This document shows, one piece after another, positions 57,301 to 64,000 of a stretch of 64,000 nucleotides of DNA. The DNA comes from a virus. A program made the position numbers and the translations under genes. The notes below the pieces were generated by a model. The model saw only the letters and a list, made by a program, of their open reading frames with translations. It was not told the origin of the DNA and made no database searches. Each line of letters opens with the position of its first letter. Position 1 is the first letter of the stretch. Location of the stretch: the IMG/VR virus record IMGVR_UViG_3300042731_011014, positions 64,001 through 128,000 of that record; one strand, written 5' to 3'.

Positions 57301-59287
57301 AGCCTGAAACCTTATCAGCAAACTTGATCCAATTAACCTGATCGAGTTGTTTAACCACCCAATCAAACATTCTACCAATCAAATCGACACCTGTCTTGAA
57401 AGTATCGACAGCAAAACTCCATGCCCTCTTAAGTCCTTCAGCTACAATCATTCCAACTTTTTTCCAGGGTCCATCACCGGCTAACCCAATAGAATTAGCA
57501 ATATCCTTGACCCATTGCGGACCGAATTTCTTAGCAAACTTAAGTAATTCATTAGGCATCTTCGTGCCAAACATTTCTTTTGCTTTGCTTGTTCCTTCCT
57601 TGCCAGCGCTACTAATAGCTTTTCCGATCAAACCAATCCCACCGACAACCAGGCCAGCCGGTCCAACAATTTTAAGAAGTCTTCCAGGCATTCCACCTAA
57701 CATAGAGTTAAACACATCAAACGGAGCTCCTAATGGGGAAATTACCTTACCAAGCATGTTAAAGTTAAATCCCATATTAGTTAGCGCGGTTATAAATTGG
57801 GCGTTCTTTTGGATAACTTGAAACGCACTATCTGCGAACTCACCAAGAGCGCCAGCCGCCGGGCCTATTGCAGACATTAACCCAGAGAATCCGGCTATCC
57901 TAAGTTTAATCATGGCTTTGGTCATCCCGGCTATTGGGCCATCACCTGAAGCAAGGGTCCCCGCAACGTCCTGAATCATCTTAAACGCCTTCCTCTGCCG
58001 CGCTATCAGCTTATTAGCATCTAATCCCCCTATTTCCCTCATAGCTATCTTGTGGGATTCTTCCATTCTCTGCATGCGCTCTTCGAACGTTCTACCTGTC
58101 TTATGGCCTATTTTTCCTATCTCCTGAAACGCCCCTTTTACGTCACCTGCTGCGGTAACTGAACTTCCACCTAGCGCCTCAATGGTAGATCCAAGGCCGC
58201 CAAGCTCACCGCTCATGCGTTCAAGTAATTTATGGATATCTGGACCAACAGTTGAAATAAGTGATTCTCGCAGCTTCATAGCAATTGGACTAAAATTACC
58301 ACCTTTCTTTTCAAGCTCACCAATATACTTAACAAAATCAACGGGTGACTGAGATAATTTCAAAAATAGCGAATCTAAACTACCAGTGTGGCTAGCGATT
58401 GTTTTCATCTCTTCACTGAGATCGGTTCCATCCGTTACTAGCCCCCTCCACTGGTCTTGCATTCCTAACATACCCTCAACAACCTTTGATGCTGATGCAG
58501 TAGCCTCACTCATACCTTTGCCGAGGTTTTTCTTTATCATGGTCGCCAAGGCACCTACGCCTTTAATGGCCTGAGATGGGTCCATCCTGAACCGTTCAGG
58601 TATAGCACGTTGTGCCTCATCAATCTTAGCGTACAAATCAGGCATCATCTTAAGTGTTGCGCTAACATCGCCTGCTCTCTTACCTGTTGCAGTCATCTGA
58701 TCCATAAACTTACGGAATTCCTTGACACCGTCCTTTCCGGCCGCATTAAAATCACGGATCATCTGTTTACCAAAAGATCCTATTTCTTTGGGATCTAAAT
58801 CTAAAACATCAAATGTTTTAAGAACCTGCTCATAAGAATCACCATACGCCTTAGTCAAATCTTTGCTTCCATCCTTTAGCGCCTTAAAAAGTCCAGTAGC
58901 CTTCCCAGCATCGATATTTAGATCAACAACTGCACTTTTTATCCTTTTTCCCCACATTGCGGCTTCTTTGCTGGTAAGATTCATATTAGCCGCGGTTTTA
59001 CTAAACTCCTTATTCATTTGGATAGCTTGTTGCTCAAGGCCAGTTGTTAACGATAGCCCGGCCATACCATCACCTATCCCAGAAATCTTCTCTGAGATCT
59101 CACTCAATTTTGAGACCGACCAGCTATTGATGATTGTATTAAACTTGGATGCTCCAGCTATAGCCTCAAGCTTACTGAAAGCCGATTCTAGGAGCCCAAA
59201 TGACTTGGAGGCATTATCGGCCACCCTAGACACTCCATCATCTCTAGCGCCAAATATGAAGCCCAGACCAGCAAAATTAAAACCCAT
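54305..59287 (-). CDS. Tail tape measure protein (1660 aa)
   Basis: MGFNFAGLGFIFGARDDG start; long Ala/Gly/Lys helical repeats; upstream of the LysM/hub/spike genes. Confidence 0.92.
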   Translation of the reverse strand: MGFNFAGLGFIFGARDDGVSRVADNASKSFGLLESAFSKLEAIAGASKFNTIINSWSVSKLSEISEKISGIGDGMAGLSLTTGLEQQAIQMNKEFSKTAANMNLTSKEAAMWGKRIKSAVVDLNIDAGKATGLFKALKDGSKDLTKAYGDSYEQVLKTFDVLDLDPKEIGSFGKQMIRDFNAAGKDGVKEFRKFMDQMTATGKRAGDVSATLKMMPDLYAKIDEAQRAIPERFRMDPSQAIKGVGALATMIKKNLGKGMSEATASASKVVEGMLGMQDQWRGLVTDGTDLSEEMKTIASHTGSLDSLFLKLSQSPVDFVKYIGELEKKGGNFSPIAMKLRESLISTVGPDIHKLLERMSGELGGLGSTIEALGGSSVTAAGDVKGAFQEIGKIGHKTGRTFEERMQRMEESHKIAMREIGGLDANKLIARQRKAFKMIQDVAGTLASGDGPIAGMTKAMIKLRIAGFSGLMSAIGPAAGALGEFADSAFQVIQKNAQFITALTNMGFNFNMLGKVISPLGAPFDVFNSMLGGMPGRLLKIVGPAGLVVGGIGLIGKAISSAGKEGTSKAKEMFGTKMPNELLKFAKKFGPQWVKDIANSIGLAGDGPWKKVGMIVAEGLKRAWSFAVDTFKTGVDLIGRMFDWVVKQLDQVNWIKFADKVSGSIIRAIDWSFDRIGIFLSDAWDALFGDKKAEKKAETAGSRVASKMFAAISTILTRSIDKISERIGQVDWGEVFGKIGKGIVKATKWLSNLIMKLFSGLWDGLFGSSEKKKVEAGAESMKDPMEKGLSKAVGGLGRALAKAVKDGLARLWDKIGQWWNDDSKSFGDKVGDAAKVIGGAFAFGLLASPRKLFNFLPLLMGGIGKLGSIAFGIFKTIGLKGTLAVGLIIQAFRVLPGVASEVMAAIENPIMSTGDKALSVSQSVFSGILQMVGVSAETAKGLWESMVDVMSNTITKFMGYASIVWSGIKLSFKESIVGIKEVWFKLTSKLNIGWLKFKHMFIDAIAGIKLVFTKMVWSLSDAFTFLIDKVRYGILKFVSSLPSFTPKLDVIKKSLGLDKMESEMKRTGRTLEQVWDDGIKKRDKATEKSRREEVKRQASSSDEALANIMKAKEQEKIVLNSFDKERKSARKQYAKQVLRDRRMISEADKGIPGRTEIRKSKDTEKAKAKIKVDIQKKFQNDIEKISKPKPKPKPSKPRSDKPMASGFGGGGGFGGGAAPGRPSGDTKAKIEPPTRKDFEQVTMALNSGIPEEYTITVAPGIKMPKSELDKFNDSVAKHGWDAGEKIEDRVGAFFKSMTGYSTAAKIEMLKGMEVGGENWFKEMLAGSGIKGASRDEMNEMAKGLQKMVRFDMEFGPVQKVVGRIKEDFGISAKSINETTALMSRVGPLTKEEMKRVDQFRVAVTKTSEALGFDKKQTEALLGKMRKIRISPDEDDLKKTKKLIETKLGKDEISISPGVKMKKKEFDDISKMLERKKIVAPVSTEIVEKPKKTIAEKPAKIKVKKDVTKPEQLKALWKPKKVIMKKPVRVKADREIVKPEQPKVIDALVPEQKIIPGAMVVSKETGIRTSEDYVASKPADLTVQRFVNGKGADEQDVTMGERGSIPSSVSDQISALANQVSMLRSAIMIIAKQPIVIKGKFDKFMDAARADSGEFSDFGGFT

Positions 59288-59301
59288 GTCAAACCCCTAA
59301 A

Positions 59302-60069
59302 CTAATTTGCCACAGTTAATCTTCTCTCTAGCTTTTCAGCAAAATCCATTCTATCTTTAATAAAATCCTTAAATGCTAATATAAACAAGTCTTTATCTGC
59401 TAACGTATAAATATCAGTATCATAACCATGTTTCTTTTTATATAATTTTTTCAAGATTTTACTGAAAATATTACTATATTTCTTTATCTCACTATCAAGT
59501 AAACCGTTATCCTTAAGAAAAGAATCGACGCTAATCACCAATCTATCATCCCAGACTAAACCTTTTTCATCGCTATTCTCATACGTTCCAATACTTGCAC
59601 TAGTTAATGCAGATAGCTCATGCTCGGCTACACGCCTAATATTGTCAGGTAAATTTCTTTTTGATAAAACATTCATATATTTAATTACAAGATTATGCCT
59701 CTTAATATCTTCAATATTGTTTGTTTCAAAGAAAAGTTTCCTAAGAACTTTAGATGCCTCTTTCTGATAGGCCTCAAGTTTTAATCTGACATGACTTGCT
59801 ACCTTATTAGCGTTAATTGTTGCTAGCCACATGGGAAGGGAATCTAGGTCAATCATAAAAATTCCTTGTTTTCGACCACTTGCATCGTGTGAGGTAATGA
59901 TAACTACACATGCCCATTCCTTTTCTTGCAACTTTTTCATCTGAGATTTTGAATCAATCCCCAATGCTTCACACACCCTACGGACACTAATCCAAAGGGT
60001 TTCATTGTCTTTAATCACTTCCAAATTATCGCCCTGGAAGTTAAACTTCGTTAATTCTTTACCTGTCAT
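59302..60069 (-). CDS. Phage antirepressor, P22AR N-terminal domain
   Basis: FNFQGDNL...WISVRRVCEALGID..SQ.KKL...DASGRKQ...IDLDSLPMWLATINANKV....R.KLEAYQKE. Confidence 0.88.
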   Translation of the reverse strand: MTGKELTKFNFQGDNLEVIKDNETLWISVRRVCEALGIDSKSQMKKLQEKEWACVVIITSHDASGRKQGIFMIDLDSLPMWLATINANKVASHVRLKLEAYQKEASKVLRKLFFETNNIEDIKRHNLVIKYMNVLSKRNLPDNIRRVAEHELSALTSASIGTYENSDEKGLVWDDRLVISVDSFLKDNGLLDSEIKKYSNIFSKILKKLYKKKHGYDTDIYTLADKDLFILAFKDFIKDRMDFAEKLERRLTVAN

Positions 60070-60104
60070 CGTACCTCTCTACAAAAAAACAAACGTGAAG
60101 ACCA

Positions 60105-60200
60105 TTATAGCTCTTTTTCTCTTTTACTTCTATCCCCAAACCCAAAAATTTTCTTCCTTTTAGGGAAAAATCTGATCAACTCTTTTTCTCTCCCTTTCAT
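60105..60200 (-). CDS. Possible small basic ORF, 31 aa
   Basis: AGGA..ATG; MKGREKELIRFFPKRKKIFGFGDRSKREKEL. Could be chance in a purine-rich tract. Confidence 0.3.
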   Translation of the reverse strand: MKGREKELIRFFPKRKKIFGFGDRSKREKEL

Positions 60201-60264
60201 TCTCTTTTCCTAGTCCCTATAGGGCACTCAATAACTAGGCGATGTACTAAAGAAAAAATGCAAT

Positions 60265-60297
60265 AATTTCATACCGCTACCAGCGGATAATGAAATT
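60265..60297. other. Interrupted inverted repeat (hairpin)
   Basis: AATTTCAT-A-CCGCT-ACC-AGCGG-ATA-ATGAAATT. Confidence 0.5.
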
Positions 60298-60433
60298 GTG
60301 TTGTCAAATTCGAGCCTTAGCGAAAAATTTGACCAAAATTTGTATTCTTATATTAGTATTATTAGAGCACGGAATCAACCGGGGTAACATGAGGAAAATA
60401 TTATAAAAACCGCCCCAGATCGGTGGCTGAAAA

Positions 60434-60505
60434 GTGACATATTTGTCACTACTTAATGACATATTTGTCACTTTTACAATTCATTAAAAATGACATATTT
60501 GTCAC
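60434..60505. promoter_or_regulatory. Three identical palindromic sites TGACA-TATT-TGTCAC (operator- or iteron-like)
   Basis: Copies start at 60435, 60457 and 60491; related half-sites near 60540 and 60600. Confidence 0.7.
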
Positions 60506-60664
60506 TTTTTTAAGTTTATCAAATTTAAAGGATTTTAGAGTGTGACACACTACCTGAATTTTATTTTGTATCGGTAGATACAGTTTTTTTAATTTTTAAT
60601 GTGTCACTTTTTAAAAGAAGGGATCTATTAGATTTCAAAAATAATGTATTTGCAGATACTAAAT

Positions 60665-60988
60665 TTAGTGTTCACCTATGTGGTCCTCACCTAATTTATG
60701 AAGAATAACGCGGAGTATCCAGCACCATCCTGAACTAATAAATCCACATGCAACCAAATTGATGGCTGTAATATAAAAATCATCATGTGACTTAATAAAT
60801 TCTATATCTGGGACTTGTACATGCGGTATATTATAGGAACCAACTGCACTCACTAGTATGCCAACCCAAAACCCAAAACACATTGGACACCTGAACACTT
60901 GGAATCTCCTTAGCGGCTCAAATAGCTTGCCACCTGTTACGGAGTTTGTAATCCCAAAGCAAATCATCAAGAAAACAATAAAATTCAT
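60665..60988 (-). CDS. Small membrane protein, DUF1360-like
   Basis: FGIT..V...LFEPLR...RCPMCFGFWVG plus a second TM. Confidence 0.7.
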   Translation of the reverse strand: MNFIVFLMICFGITNSVTGGKLFEPLRRFQVFRCPMCFGFWVGILVSAVGSYNIPHVQVPDIEFIKSHDDFYITAINLVACGFISSGWCWILRVILHKLGEDHIGEH

Positions 60989-61221
60989 TTTATTCCTTTT
61001 TTTCGATCCTCAATTACCTCTTTTGGTACTTTTATAACCTGTTCTAGTGGCATTTTTATATGGTAGATATCGCCTTTATAATCGAAGACAATTTTCATGT
61101 ATTTTTTACCATCATATTTTATTGATGGTTTATATCTTTTGTCTTCGACGATATCAGCCGATATAGCAAAATCAATTACTTCCACATCGATTTTTTCTCT
61201 TTTTCTATCGTATTTCGACAT
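60985..61221 (-). CDS. Hypothetical protein
   Basis: 78-aa coupled ORF. Confidence 0.55.
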   Translation of the reverse strand: MSKYDRKREKIDVEVIDFAISADIVEDKRYKPSIKYDGKKYMKIVFDYKGDIYHIKMPLEQVIKVPKEVIEDRKKGIK

Positions 61222-61447
61222 AGGTTTTACAACACGATTTACTATGACCGATAGGTGGTATTTCCCATTTTTTTTTCGGCAGGTTTATGTGTTCAATTTG
61301 ACTTGGAAGTTCAATCATGTCGTCATCCCAGTTAGTCCTAATATCGTCTCTTTTTCTGAAAGGAATTTCTTCCTCTCTTTTGTGTGGGATCTCTTGCCCC
61401 GGTTTCTCTTGATTATATAACATATCCTTCTCGCAATTGTTAATCAA
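61205..61447 (-). CDS. Hypothetical protein
   Basis: 80-aa overlapping ORF. Confidence 0.5.
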   Translation of the reverse strand: MINNCEKDMLYNQEKPGQEIPHKREEEIPFRKRDDIRTNWDDDMIELPSQIEHINLPKKKWEIPPIGHSKSCCKTYVEIR

Positions 61448-61850
61448 CCAGTGACGCTGGTTGCGGTATTGACTTTACTTTTTCCTTTATGTTTAATTTA
61501 ATTATCGAATCAATAGGATCACCATTGGACTTAGTTTCATGGTACATATCTATCACTTCAATTCTTTCTACATCAGCCAAAAAATACTTTAGCTCTTCCA
61601 GTTTTTGCTTAATATGAAGGGCTTTATCGTCATGCCATTTTGTTACCCATTGAGGGTTAGATCCGATACGCGATTCCTTTATTGAACTTTCCTCACTAAA
61701 ATATTCCCAATTCTTATCTGATACTGAAAAAATCAATTTAAGATCTCTATTACGTATTTTCAACTGTCCGCAATCATCAACCTCTGCCTCAAGTCCTTCT
61801 ACTTTTAAATACTTTTCAGATCCATGCATTTTTACAATAAACTTTTTCAT
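61440..61850 (-). CDS. Hypothetical protein
   Basis: 136-aa ORF; its ATG overlaps the TAA of the frameshift extension. Confidence 0.6.
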   Translation of the reverse strand: MKKFIVKMHGSEKYLKVEGLEAEVDDCGQLKIRNRDLKLIFSVSDKNWEYFSEESSIKESRIGSNPQWVTKWHDDKALHIKQKLEELKYFLADVERIEVIDMYHETKSNGDPIDSIIKLNIKEKVKSIPQPASLVD

Positions 61851-62068
61851 TATCTCCGTCTCCTAGATCTAGCTGATGTGGCAGCCGATACCCTCGCAGA
61901 TTTGATTTTTTCTGTTTTAACTTGTTCTATTTCATGTTTCTTCAAACATATTCTCATGCGTCTGGAAACAGGCATTCCCATAATTGTATCATACTGCTGG
62001 TGCAGTGTTTCCATCAAGAAGAATAACTGATCTTCTAACCCATCTATGTCTCCGACGGGAAAAAAAAA
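61850..62068 (-). CDS. -1 frame extension of the tail assembly chaperone (GT-type product)
   Basis: Not in the ORF track. 72 codons: FFFPVGDIDGLEDQLFFLMETLHQQYDTIMGMPVSRRMR...; bounded upstream by a TGA right at the T9 run. Confidence 0.8.
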   Translation of the reverse strand, partial: FFFPVGDIDGLEDQLFFLMETLHQQYDTIMGMPVSRRMRICLKKHEIEQVKTEKIKSARVSAATSARSRRRR

Positions 62069-62823
62069 TCAGCACTAAGCACTTCCAATCTAACAGCAAA
62101 AGTATTACCGCATGAATTACATGTAACATCTATATCTGTTTCAATTCCACCCTCTTTTTTAATAAAAGAATTCCTTATTGCATTCCTATCTCTTAATGAT
62201 AGGTTCTTTAGGTCCTTTACATTTGGCGGGTGACCATCAATTTCAATAACACGAGTTAATAACTTCGTAGTCATTAGATCTTTACTTTGACGAAGCATTA
62301 TACCTGCTTTTTTCTGATCTTTTGCCTGCATAGCTTTCATTTTGACCATTTTCTTAGAGGCAGGAAGTTCTATTTCCCATATAAGCTTTTCTGGCTCTTC
62401 AGGGTATTTTACCTCAAGATCATCTATTTCAGATACATAATTTGATTCATATCCACAGTCATTATCCGTGCATTTTACTTTGAATTTATAGGTACTTCCA
62501 AGACTTACAATTCTTATTAACAAAATCCCGTAAATAAGATCGGTAATCTGCATATCCTGAATTGCTTTACCTATTTGCATGGGTTTATCAATAATAAAGC
62601 TATTCTCATTTGTATCGCTTAGATTGATGGTGCATTTTGAAAGAATCTGCATTACCTTGTCTTCTACAGCTAGTTTTCTATTGGCTAAGATATCTTCTTC
62701 ATTGCCCGATAACTCTCTTATTGCTATATGCTTCAATAATGTCGTTGTACCATCATGCTCCCATACGACGCCACCAGGAAGGTCGAATTCACCGGTAGTG
62801 CTTTTAGGATCTTCGTAACTCAT
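62044..62823 (-). CDS. Tail assembly chaperone (T4 gp26-like, G-type)
   Basis: IRELSGNEEDIL...DL.Y.ILLIRIVSLG..Y.F...C...C...LSLRDR..IR...GG......CNSCG...FFFP. Confidence 0.85.
   Translation of the reverse strand: MSYEDPKSTTGEFDLPGGVVWEHDGTTTLLKHIAIRELSGNEEDILANRKLAVEDKVMQILSKCTINLSDTNENSFIIDKPMQIGKAIQDMQITDLIYGILLIRIVSLGSTYKFKVKCTDNDCGYESNYVSEIDDLEVKYPEEPEKLIWEIELPASKKMVKMKAMQAKDQKKAGIMLRQSKDLMTTKLLTRVIEIDGHPPNVKDLKNLSLRDRNAIRNSFIKKEGGIETDIDVTCNSCGNTFAVRLEVLSADFFFPSET
62059..62068 (-). promoter_or_regulatory. Predicted -1 programmed ribosomal frameshift site (GAT TTT TTT TTC)
   Basis: T TTT TTT / T TTT TTC heptamers four codons before the chaperone stop. Confidence 0.75.
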
Positions 62824-62836
62824 GTTTTTTTCTCTC

Positions 62837-63070
62837 CTACCTATCTTCTGGGTTGACTACCAAAAACTTATCAATCAGATATCTGATTATATCGCTAACA
62901 GTTCTATCCTCACATTTTGCCAATTCTTTTAGTTCGGCGTATTTATTTGATTCTACCCATACATTTAGTCTTATATTTTTTTGCTTTATTGCATTATTTT
63001 TGTCCCATTCTCTGCCGCGTCCAATGTTTACGCCCAACTTTCTTTCTTTATTTGGTTTATCTGAACTCAC
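62837..63070 (-). CDS. Ribbon-helix-helix DNA-binding protein
   Basis: RLNVWVESNKYAELKELAKCEDRTVSDIIRYLIDKFL. Confidence 0.8.
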   Translation of the reverse strand: MSSDKPNKERKLGVNIGRGREWDKNNAIKQKNIRLNVWVESNKYAELKELAKCEDRTVSDIIRYLIDKFLVVNPEDR

Positions 63071-63097
63071 TTATTTAACCTTGTTTATACTTCTGTT

Positions 63098-63126
63098 AAT
63101 AGAAGTAAAATAAAGTCAATTGTCAA
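63098..63126 (-). promoter_or_regulatory. Possible sigma70-like promoter for the RHH gene
   Basis: TTGACA-N17-TCTATT in an 80-bp gap. Confidence 0.35.
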
Positions 63127-63151
63127 CCCTAGTTAGAGTAAAAAAAACTAA

Positions 63152-63370
63152 TTATCGGCAACTACATTTTGCAAACAAATCACTTACTGTAGTAAAACCA
63201 ATCTTTTTCCGTTTTTTTCGCCTCTTTGATTTCTTAAAAATATTATGAATTTTTGGCGTTCTCATTGCCATAGGTCTTAAAATTGGGGAAATATTTGAGG
63301 TCACTAACTGCTCATTAAAGAGACTATTAGCATATCTTAGAAGATCATCAACATATAATCTGTCTAGCAT
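63152..63370 (-). CDS. Small basic hypothetical protein
   Basis: 72 aa with a KKSKRRKKRKK stretch. Confidence 0.55.
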   Translation of the reverse strand: MLDRLYVDDLLRYANSLFNEQLVTSNISPILRPMAMRTPKIHNIFKKSKRRKKRKKIGFTTVSDLFAKCSCR

Positions 63371-63373
63371 TTT

Positions 63374-64000
63374 CTATCCTGGAATTAGGTTTTCTGCAAA
63401 TGCTGCCAAGCTATATTCTTCAACTAACTCCGGTTCAAGATCTAACTCGGCTATAGACACCTCGCTGCTCCTGGCATCAAAATCTGACGCTGCTTTCCAT
63501 CTTGAGGGCAAACAGTTCCAAAGCATCCATGTTTTAGCAGGCATCCGCCAAATACCACCCATACCAGTAACTATTCCAGCTGATGCCCCCATTGATGCAG
63601 CAAGGCTTCCACCCGTCTCACCAGCCGCAGCCACCAATCCCGCACCAAATGCAGTAGTACTTGCAATAGCAGCTACACCAGAATCTTGGGCAAACTGTAT
63701 TAAAAGAAAATTCCGTCTAACTCTTGGGTTACCCATTTTGGGTGTTGGCCCCAAGATTCCACGAGAAAACCAGCGCCAAAAATCAGAATCATAAAAAGTC
63801 GAACCACGTGAAAGAGTAATCGCGGAAACAGTGGCTCCTTTGATAACTTTACGTTTAGCTATAAAGTTACCTTCAGGTATTTCTTCAATCTCTGCTGTAA
63901 TCTCTGGTGCCGTTGCTGATGAAAATCCAGCTTGAGGCATGAAAACCGGAACATGAGGCGGAATCAGCGGACATACATCAAGTAGATGAAATCTAAAAAC
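63374..64000 (-). CDS. Tail tube protein (T4 gp19-like); 5' end beyond the window
   Basis: Frame is open to base 64000 (VFRFHLLDV...); GFSSATAPEI...ITLSRG...DFWRW...WMLWNCLPSRWK.ASDFDA.SSEVSIAELDL. Confidence 0.92.
   Translation of the reverse strand, partial: VFRFHLLDVCPLIPPHVPVFMPQAGFSSATAPEITAEIEEIPEGNFIAKRKVIKGATVSAITLSRGSTFYDSDFWRWFSRGILGPTPKMGNPRVRRNFLLIQFAQDSGVAAIASTTAFGAGLVAAAGETGGSLAASMGASAGIVTGMGGIWRMPAKTWMLWNCLPSRWKAASDFDARSSEVSIAELDLEPELVEEYSLAAFAENLIPG

Noticed and set aside
60615-60635. GATCTATTAGATT resembling an oriC 13-mer
   Set aside because: A single imperfect match in AT-rich DNA; not evidence by itself.
2101-63113. All plus-strand ORFs in the track (e.g. 55803-56504, 56685-57341)
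   Set aside because: Antisense shadows of long minus-strand genes, with Ser/Leu/Phe-rich composition and no motifs.
20397-64000. Extracellular contractile injection system or tailocin rather than a phage
   Set aside because: Intein-bearing nrdJ, HNH, antirepressor, a 1660-aa tape measure and uniform phage-like gene packing favour a large phage genome.

Overview
About 64 kb of a large tailed dsDNA phage genome (contractile-tail, myovirus/jumbo-like, AT-rich). Essentially all real genes are on the minus strand; the plus-strand ORFs in the track are shadow frames. In transcription order (right to left): tail tube, an RHH regulator, tail assembly chaperone with a predicted -1 frameshift (G/GT type), a 2.5-kb insert (small genes, palindromic operator-like repeats, P22AR-type antirepressor), tape measure, LysM/gpX, hub (gpD), spike (gpV), HNH endonuclease, gp25, baseplate J, gpI, then about 40 kb of fibre, lectin, Ig and beta-helix virion proteins with many paralog pairs. 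Membrane/lysis-type genes, a patatin, a zeta-toxin-like kinase, a stand-alone Tpt1/KptA C-lobe and the 5' part of a class II ribonucleotide reductase (nrdJ) with two inteins follow. Best hidden feature: a 343-bp IS200/IS605 mini-element (19384-19726) carrying an apparently intact HEARO/omegaRNA scaffold but no IscB. Its empty site can be reconstructed exactly and ends in an ATAAA TAM-like motif. No tRNA, rRNA or CRISPR array was recognised. Host not determinable. All family calls come from motif recognition by eye, not database searches.
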